Assembly: GCA_051382335.1 (NCBI GenBank)
Contig: JBBCAX010000335.1
Coordinates: 1-21,043, forward strand
DNA: 21,043 nt
Source of the DNA: Deltaproteobacteria bacterium TL4
GTDB taxonomy: Bacteria > SAR324 > NAC60-12
Direction: 5' to 3'
Shown here piece after piece: positions 15,559 through 21,043 of the stretch. The first letter of the stretch is position 1. Each line of letters begins with the position of its first letter. A model generated the notes under the pieces. The model worked only from the letters and a program-made list of their open reading frames with translations, had not been told where the DNA came from and ran no database searches. Both the position numbers and the translations under genes were made by a program.

Positions 15559-16734
15559 TTATTGATAAATTAAAACTAATACTCCGGAGTTGGAGTAAAG
15601 TTGGACTCCTTGTGATACCGAAGCCATCTCATAACCACCAAAAAATCCGATTAAAGGGAAATCTCCCAACTCTTCTTTAATGGCCTGGGTGTCCACATTC
15701 CGGTATCCATATAAGGCTTCTCCTCGAGAAGCACAATTAAAATAAAAACCTAAGGTCGGGGTTTGAGCGTTTTTTGCTTTTAAGCGTTGTAACATTTGCC
15801 ACATATCCTGTTCCGCTGCCGCGGCACTTCGAAGCACAAACGAAATAGGGCTTCCCACTTCAACAGGATGGGGAATAATCAAACCTTGAGACGCGACATC
15901 AATACCACCTATATTGCGAATTAATGAGGTTTCTCCTGTAAACTCAGGATTCTCCCGATCTAAAGGGAAACTGATCAGTAATTGCTCACTGGCGCTTTCT
16001 ATACTTTCCAAGCCCAACTGGCTCGCCAGCGTTGTGTAAACCTCAAGCGCACTGAAGGTATCTAAAGTCAATAAAGTATTGCTGTCCGTCTTAGTGATAA
16101 ACAGGGGATCTCCAACCGGAGTACAGGATTGGGTCAGACCCATGCTGAAGTTTGAGACATTGCCCAGGCAGAGTCCTGACGCCGCATTCTTCATAACGCC
16201 CTCCGGCCCTATTTCAACCGAAGTTTGCGATAACCCGTCGTCACTCGCACCCGCACCAAAAACAAAGGGCTTATTACGAGTGTAGTTGAACATGTTGAGA
16301 AAATTATAAGGATGATGCTGGAAGGCATCTGGAAAAAATAAGACCAGAGGCGAGGTTCGGCTAAAGGTTTCAATGGTTTCTTTGAGCTGTTGTGAGATAC
16401 TGGCCTCACTGGGATGCGTCTGTTCCTTGACAAACGCTTTTACTGAAATTTCAGAAGGACTGGCAATCATGATACAAATTCCAGGACCACCCATCACTTC
16501 TCCATAATTGGATAAAACACCTGCGGCGCTGCATCCTGCAATACAGGAACATCCGGTCTGTTCATGAATGATGGTTCTGATGGAATTCGCAAAAGGGAGG
16601 TGAGGTGCCGAGAAAAAAACGACACACCAACCTACCTCGGTTTGTCCCGACTGATGCATCGCAGCACGCAATGCCTCTAAAGTCGCTTCTTGAGTATTGG
16701 TACGCACGGACATTCCCACGCCAACATAAACCAC
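15559..16734 (-). CDS. stand-alone FIST-domain (FIST_N + FIST_C) signal-transduction protein
   Basis: IAGCSAAGVL, VFGAGAS, TQSCTPVG, FNCASRG, PLIGFFGGYE; AGGAG RBS before GTG. Confidence 0.88.
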   Translation of the reverse strand: MVYVGVGMSVRTNTQEATLEALRAAMHQSGQTEVGWCVVFFSAPHLPFANSIRTIIHEQTGCSCIAGCSAAGVLSNYGEVMGGPGICIMIASPSEISVKAFVKEQTHPSEASISQQLKETIETFSRTSPLVLFFPDAFQHHPYNFLNMFNYTRNKPFVFGAGASDDGLSQTSVEIGPEGVMKNAASGLCLGNVSNFSMGLTQSCTPVGDPLFITKTDSNTLLTLDTFSALEVYTTLASQLGLESIESASEQLLISFPLDRENPEFTGETSLIRNIGGIDVASQGLIIPHPVEVGSPISFVLRSAAAAEQDMWQMLQRLKAKNAQTPTLGFYFNCASRGEALYGYRNVDTQAIKEELGDFPLIGFFGGYEMASVSQGVQLYSNSGVLVLIYQ

Positions 16735-16796
16735 AATAAAACTCCTGGTTGAAAGAAAAAATAACGCTTTAAGAGAACTCTAATGATTGAAGTGCC

Positions 16797-16906
16797 GATA
16801 TCCTGTGGATGAACAAAGAGTGTCTCAGTTATAGGCTCAACCACCTTAAGTTAAGTAACGCGGCACAAGTAATTCCATCAAAATCTGCGCGTGTAATCAA
16901 CCTCAT
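16797..16906 (-). pseudogene. frameshifted N-terminal remnant of a DHH-superfamily phosphoesterase (exopolyphosphatase-like/nanoRNase)
   Basis: ATG 16906 gives MRLITRADFDGITCAALL. Removing one copy of the TTAAG tandem duplication (16846-16855) restores KVVEPITETLFVHPQDI, matching the family N-terminus RLVTRSDFDG..CA.LL...FVHPKD. Confidence 0.7.
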
Positions 16907-16970
16907 AGTCTTTTCTTCAAATAGCTTTTATGCACTTATCCTGCCTTACTCTTGAGTTAGGAGTTATCAG

Positions 16971-18341
16971 TTAGGGGTTTGTTTCTAAAAATAGGGAGTT
17001 GAGGCACGCATACCCCGCACAAACGCCGCCTTCGTGTAAATGGGCGGCCTTGGTTCGTACCAAGTATCCCGCATCCTCATTTCTCAAAACGAGGCCTCTT
17101 TCTGCCAAACATAGTCCATAACGACCGATTTCGCTGACGCATTGTGTTTCTGTTGAATGTTCCTCAACAACGAGGGTTGCTTTGTGTTCCATGGCGGGAA
17201 TATACTCCATGAGGATATAGGCTGGATACTGAGAAGGCGCTAAGGCTTTTAGAAATTCCGGGATTTGTTGTCCATAAACATTGTTTCCGCCTCCTTCTCT
17301 TTGCGGTTTAAGGACGTAGCGTTCCGGGACTTTTAAGGCATGTTCCATAGCGGTGACTTCTCCGTCCGCTGTTTTTACCGGATCTTCCAGTTGATACTGA
17401 CCTACGAAGGTCGATAATACGTCTTGAAGCACTTTGGCTGGAACATAGCGGCTGAGTTGATCGGGATTGGTCAAGACTTGCTGAATTTTCTTTGAACCGG
17501 CCAATTGCATCCCGATATCGGGGACTTTGATACTTGAAGAAGATTCTATCATTTGACGCCCCTTAAATGCCAGGGAGGACTCCAGATCCTCAGGGTTATA
17601 TGCGGCTCGAAAGTACGTGACTGCGGCGAGATACGGTTTGATTTTTAAGTGTCCTTCTTTGAGTTTTCCGTAATCCGCGACTTCTTCAAGTGTTAACCGG
17701 ATCGTGGGAATTCCGTGAGACTTTAACAACGCATATTCGATACCGCGTTGATCAAAAACATTCTTGTCATGGGGTTGAACAACCATCAGAAGGCAAGTGT
17801 CTGGGTGATGATAATGCCGGATCGCTTCTGCAATATTGTCCACCAGTTCTTTAAGGGGATTATTGAGTAGCAGTTGATGGCCTATTTTTTCCTTATAATA
17901 CAAGTCCTGGTGCATTTGGTGGACACGGGTCGCCAAAAAAGGGAAACTGGCGGAAATGGTATTGATTTCCACTTGCTTGGCCTCAAGGCTGAGTTTGTCT
18001 TGAGGTAATGAGAGCAAATAATCATTTCGATTAATCAAAAGTTGTAAGGGTTGCGTGTTTTCTTTGGACTGAAGTGAAAAAAGAGTTTCGATGAAGGGAT
18101 CTGTTTTGGCGACGGGTTCGAGGTGGTGTTTCAAAAATTCACGGTCATTTGCAACTTTTATGAGCATTTGATTAAACCGGGGCGTTAAGGCGATCATCTT
18201 TTGCAAAAGTCCCTGCGAAACACCATAGGGGGACAAAATAAAAGGGGCATGAATTAACGCTCTTCCAGAATTGTATTTAACCATACCATTGGTGTAGGCA
18301 TAATCAATCGCTTCTTGTAAATAGTTCTTTGAATAGACCAT
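16971..18341 (-). CDS. eukaryote-type glutathione synthetase (GSS/GSH2 family, ATP-grasp)
   Basis: HAPFILSP, RNDY, KQVEINTISASF, NVFDQR, YFRAAY, QLAGSKKIQQVL, YVLKPQREGGGNN, YILME, SEIGRYG, GYLVRTK...EGGVCAGY. ATG 18341 preferred over the TTG at 18416. Confidence 0.92.
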   Translation of the reverse strand: MVYSKNYLQEAIDYAYTNGMVKYNSGRALIHAPFILSPYGVSQGLLQKMIALTPRFNQMLIKVANDREFLKHHLEPVAKTDPFIETLFSLQSKENTQPLQLLINRNDYLLSLPQDKLSLEAKQVEINTISASFPFLATRVHQMHQDLYYKEKIGHQLLLNNPLKELVDNIAEAIRHYHHPDTCLLMVVQPHDKNVFDQRGIEYALLKSHGIPTIRLTLEEVADYGKLKEGHLKIKPYLAAVTYFRAAYNPEDLESSLAFKGRQMIESSSSIKVPDIGMQLAGSKKIQQVLTNPDQLSRYVPAKVLQDVLSTFVGQYQLEDPVKTADGEVTAMEHALKVPERYVLKPQREGGGNNVYGQQIPEFLKALAPSQYPAYILMEYIPAMEHKATLVVEEHSTETQCVSEIGRYGLCLAERGLVLRNEDAGYLVRTKAAHLHEGGVCAGYACLNSLFLETNP

Positions 18342-18427
18342 ATCTTGTTTTGCTGAAAAATATTGATTAAGAAAATGAACGTCTATAGTTAGGGTCAGAC
18401 CCCAATTTACCTTCAAGCCTTAATAAA

Positions 18428-20164
18428 TTAAACCGAAACCGACCCTTTTCTAAAGTCTGATTTTCCAATCAAGGCGTTGATCAAAACGGGTCGTTTCTTT
18501 TTGGCTAACCATTTGGCTTTTTTAAGGGTTTCTTCCAGGTTTTCATGCTTGTCCACAAGGAAACCTTCTCCGCCAAACCCCTGGGCAACCACGTGATAAT
18601 CAGAGTGCCTTAAAACACAGGCGACGTCATCATTAAAGACCTCGACCTGATCTCTGGCAATTTGGCTCCAACAAGCGTCATTCCCAATGACCGCAATCAC
18701 GCTCAAACCGTGTCGAACAAAGGTGTCAAATTCAGCCAGACTGTATCCGGAAGAACCATCCCCATAGATGAGCCATATCTCGGCGTCAGGTCGGCACAAA
18801 GCCGCGCCCAGCGCAAATCCGCCTCCAACGCCCAGTGTTCCAAAAACACCTGGGTCCAACCATGAAAGCGGTTTTCGCGGTTGAAGAACGTAAGACGCCG
18901 TTGCGACAAAATCACCGCCATCCGCAATGATGAGACTGTTCTCCGCCATGTGTTTTTCGATAGCCCGACATACCTTCAAAGGATTCAGCAAATCCGTTGG
19001 GGCCTGGGCTTGCTCTTCAATTTCATTTTCACGCTCTTGCTCTCTTTCTTGTAATTTCCCCATCCACTGCGTGTGTTTTTCCTTGGGAGTTGTGACTGAA
19101 GGGGAAAGCGCAATTAAAAACGAGGCCGGATCTCCCAAAGCCGCAAGCATCGGTCGTCGATTTTTATTCAGAACCACAGGATCCCGGTTGATGGAAACCA
19201 GTGTCGCTTTGCGGTTGATATGATTCCCGTAATCTAAACGAAAATCACAAGGGACGCCTGATAAAATCACCAGATCCGCTTCTTTTAAAGCGTTTCTTCG
19301 TTTATGTCTGAACTGAAGAGGGTGATTTTTTCCAAGTAAGCCCCGAGCCATTCCGGACAGAAAAACAGGCACACCTATCTTTTCTATAGCGGCGATCAAC
19401 TCGTCCAGAGAGAGCGGGTTCAAGGTCGTTTGACTTCCAATGAGGAGGACCGGACGTTTCGCTTCGTTGATGTAATCAGCGGTGGTTCGAACAATGGACT
19501 GCATGGCTTCAGGGATATGAAACGGTAATGGCCCTTGCAATCTGACATTCTCAAGGCCGGCAAAAAGTTGCTGGGTATGTCGTTTTAAATACCACTGGAT
19601 GGCTTGTCCAACAACATTCCCACCCCCAGTTTCCGCGCCTTTAATTCCATACCACTCTTTCACAATCTCCTGGGGATAAAGGAGGTCAATGGGTAATTCC
19701 ACAAAGACAGGCCCAGGCACACCTTCTTGCGCTTTCCGAAACGCTTCTTCCAAAGCAGGAACGATATCCCGTACATACTTTACCGAGGTCGCCCACTTGA
19801 CGGCAGGTTTCATCAAAGACATTTGATCAATATCCTGTAAGGAACCACGTCCTCGCAGCATGGTGGCACTGGCTCCGCCTAATAAAACCAGCGGAGATTG
19901 TGCCATTTGAGCATTCTTTACCGCTGTGACGGTATTGGTTACGCCGGGTCCCGCTGTGACCACGGCAACGCCTGGGATTCCTGTCAACCGAGCTACCGCG
20001 TCTGCCGCAAAAACAGCATTCACTTCATGACGAACGTCAATGACTCGAATCCCCCGATTTTTACAGCCCACCAAAATGGGGGCGATATGTCCCCCCGAAA
20101 GTGTGAAAATAAAGGACACTCCCTGGTTTCCCAAAACACTTGCTACTAAAGAACCTCCGTCCAT
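18428..20164 (-). CDS. ThDP-dependent enzyme, ILVBL/2-hydroxyacyl-CoA lyase (HACL2)-like acetolactate-synthase homolog
   Basis: [54 protein letters not shown], and the ThDP motif GDGS...GNDACW; GGAG RBS. Confidence 0.88.
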   Translation of the reverse strand: MDGGSLVASVLGNQGVSFIFTLSGGHIAPILVGCKNRGIRVIDVRHEVNAVFAADAVARLTGIPGVAVVTAGPGVTNTVTAVKNAQMAQSPLVLLGGASATMLRGRGSLQDIDQMSLMKPAVKWATSVKYVRDIVPALEEAFRKAQEGVPGPVFVELPIDLLYPQEIVKEWYGIKGAETGGGNVVGQAIQWYLKRHTQQLFAGLENVRLQGPLPFHIPEAMQSIVRTTADYINEAKRPVLLIGSQTTLNPLSLDELIAAIEKIGVPVFLSGMARGLLGKNHPLQFRHKRRNALKEADLVILSGVPCDFRLDYGNHINRKATLVSINRDPVVLNKNRRPMLAALGDPASFLIALSPSVTTPKEKHTQWMGKLQEREQERENEIEEQAQAPTDLLNPLKVCRAIEKHMAENSLIIADGGDFVATASYVLQPRKPLSWLDPGVFGTLGVGGGFALGAALCRPDAEIWLIYGDGSSGYSLAEFDTFVRHGLSVIAVIGNDACWSQIARDQVEVFNDDVACVLRHSDYHVVAQGFGGEGFLVDKHENLEETLKKAKWLAKKKRPVLINALIGKSDFRKGSVSV

Positions 20165-20180
20165 AACCTGCTCCTATGGT

Positions 20181-20747
20181 TTAATTTTGTTGCTTGAGTA
20201 AATTAACAAAAATCTTAAAATCCTCTGTTGCGGCTTGACCCAGTAATTGAAATAAGACGGTCTCCGTTGGCGCAAGGACCACCCCTGCCTGTTCCATGAG
20301 TTTTAATCCATACTTCCATTTTAATTTTGTTGAGGACTGTACGGCATCAATGAGAACATAGACCGTATAATCTTGTTTGAGCAGATCCAGGGCTGTTTGT
20401 AAAACACAGATATGAGTTTCCATCCCTGTCAGCAGCACATTAGGTTTATTCAAAGCCTTCAAGGCCTGGTCAAAGGATCCCGTACTGCAACAACTGAACG
20501 TTATTTTTTCTATAGGTGTGACGTGAGCGAGATTTTCCTTAATCAAGAGACTGGTTTTGCCTAAGCCCTTGACGTATTGCTCTGTGACCAGAATGGGCGC
20601 ATTCCAATGATGAAACATTTTGGTGAGCAAATTAACATTTTTTGTGGTTTGTGTCACAATTGCTTCATCCATGATTTTTAATAGGCGTTCCTGAATGTCA
20701 ATAACCACAAGTGCTGTGTTCTCAGAGCTTAGCTTTCTGAGTTCCAT
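20181..20747 (-). CDS. isochorismatase-family cysteine hydrolase (YcaC/ISOC-like)
   Basis: VIDIQERL, TEQY, EKITFSC and GMETHICVLQT (Asp-Lys-Cys triad); GAGGAGG RBS. Confidence 0.9.
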   Translation of the reverse strand: MELRKLSSENTALVVIDIQERLLKIMDEAIVTQTTKNVNLLTKMFHHWNAPILVTEQYVKGLGKTSLLIKENLAHVTPIEKITFSCCSTGSFDQALKALNKPNVLLTGMETHICVLQTALDLLKQDYTVYVLIDAVQSSTKLKWKYGLKLMEQAGVVLAPTETVLFQLLGQAATEDFKIFVNLLKQQN

Positions 20748-20819
20748 GAATCCTCCTCGGTGAAAATAAAGTCTGGGTAGTTTTTTTTCGAACGTTACCT
20801 TGCTTTCGCAAGCCGCTCC

Positions 20820-20847
20820 ATTTTATGAACGCAATGCAAACAGTCAA
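20820..20847 (-). promoter_or_regulatory. candidate sigma70 promoter of the hydrolase / ThDP enzyme / glutathione synthetase operon
   Basis: Minus strand TTGACT (20847-20842), 16-nt spacer, TAAAAT (20825-20820), about 70 nt upstream of ATG 20747. Confidence 0.45.
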
Positions 20848-21043
20848 CTGATTTTATACTGAGAAAACCACAAAAAAAGCAATCCCCTTTAATTTAACCT
20901 GAGTTTTGAGTGTTTATCTTTTACTCGACTTTGAACAATTTGCTCAATATTACTCCTGAATAAAATCAGAGACTTATAAAGTCGTATTAGAATTAATGAT
21001 AGGTTTGGCCTGAAAAACGGGAAATAATAACCTTGCATTAATT

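Noticed and set aside
939..20149. Short antisense or alternate-frame ORFs nested in major genes (e.g. 939-1229, 4626-4967, 10602-11156, 12533-12898, 18927-19223)
   Set aside because: Shadow ORFs of well-supported CDSs, with no independent motifs.
18428..20164. ilvB (acetolactate synthase) gene symbol
   Set aside because: The motifs fit the ILVBL/HACL subgroup better, and there is no regulatory subunit or ilv context.

Overview
AT-rich bacterial chromosomal window. The gene style suggests a deltaproteobacterial/SAR324-like lineage (inference only). It has about 18 intact CDSs, and I found no tRNA, rRNA, CRISPR array or transposase. Left part: a YihG-like acyltransferase, a canonical STAS anti-anti-sigma factor, an Rrf2 regulator and an Xaa-Pro aminopeptidase. 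Middle: two divergent operons. The minus-strand one encodes an M48 metalloprotease, a FadL-type outer-membrane barrel and two paralogous STAS + Cys4 zinc-ribbon proteins flanking a PP2C phosphatase remnant. The plus-strand one encodes a cNMP-domain histidine kinase, a REC + RsbW-like Ser kinase fusion and a YfcE phosphoesterase; together the two operons look like a partner-switching circuit. Right part, all minus strand: isochorismatase hydrolase, ILVBL/HACL-like ThDP enzyme, eukaryote-type glutathione synthetase, FIST protein, lptE, a PAS-containing MCP and dksA. Intergenic DNA holds five unrelated REP-like palindromic elements, three of them nested inside their own IS-like terminal inverted repeats. 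It also holds three gene remnants: the cheA C-terminus and a DHH-family N-terminus (both absent from the ORF track) and the PP2C C-terminus.
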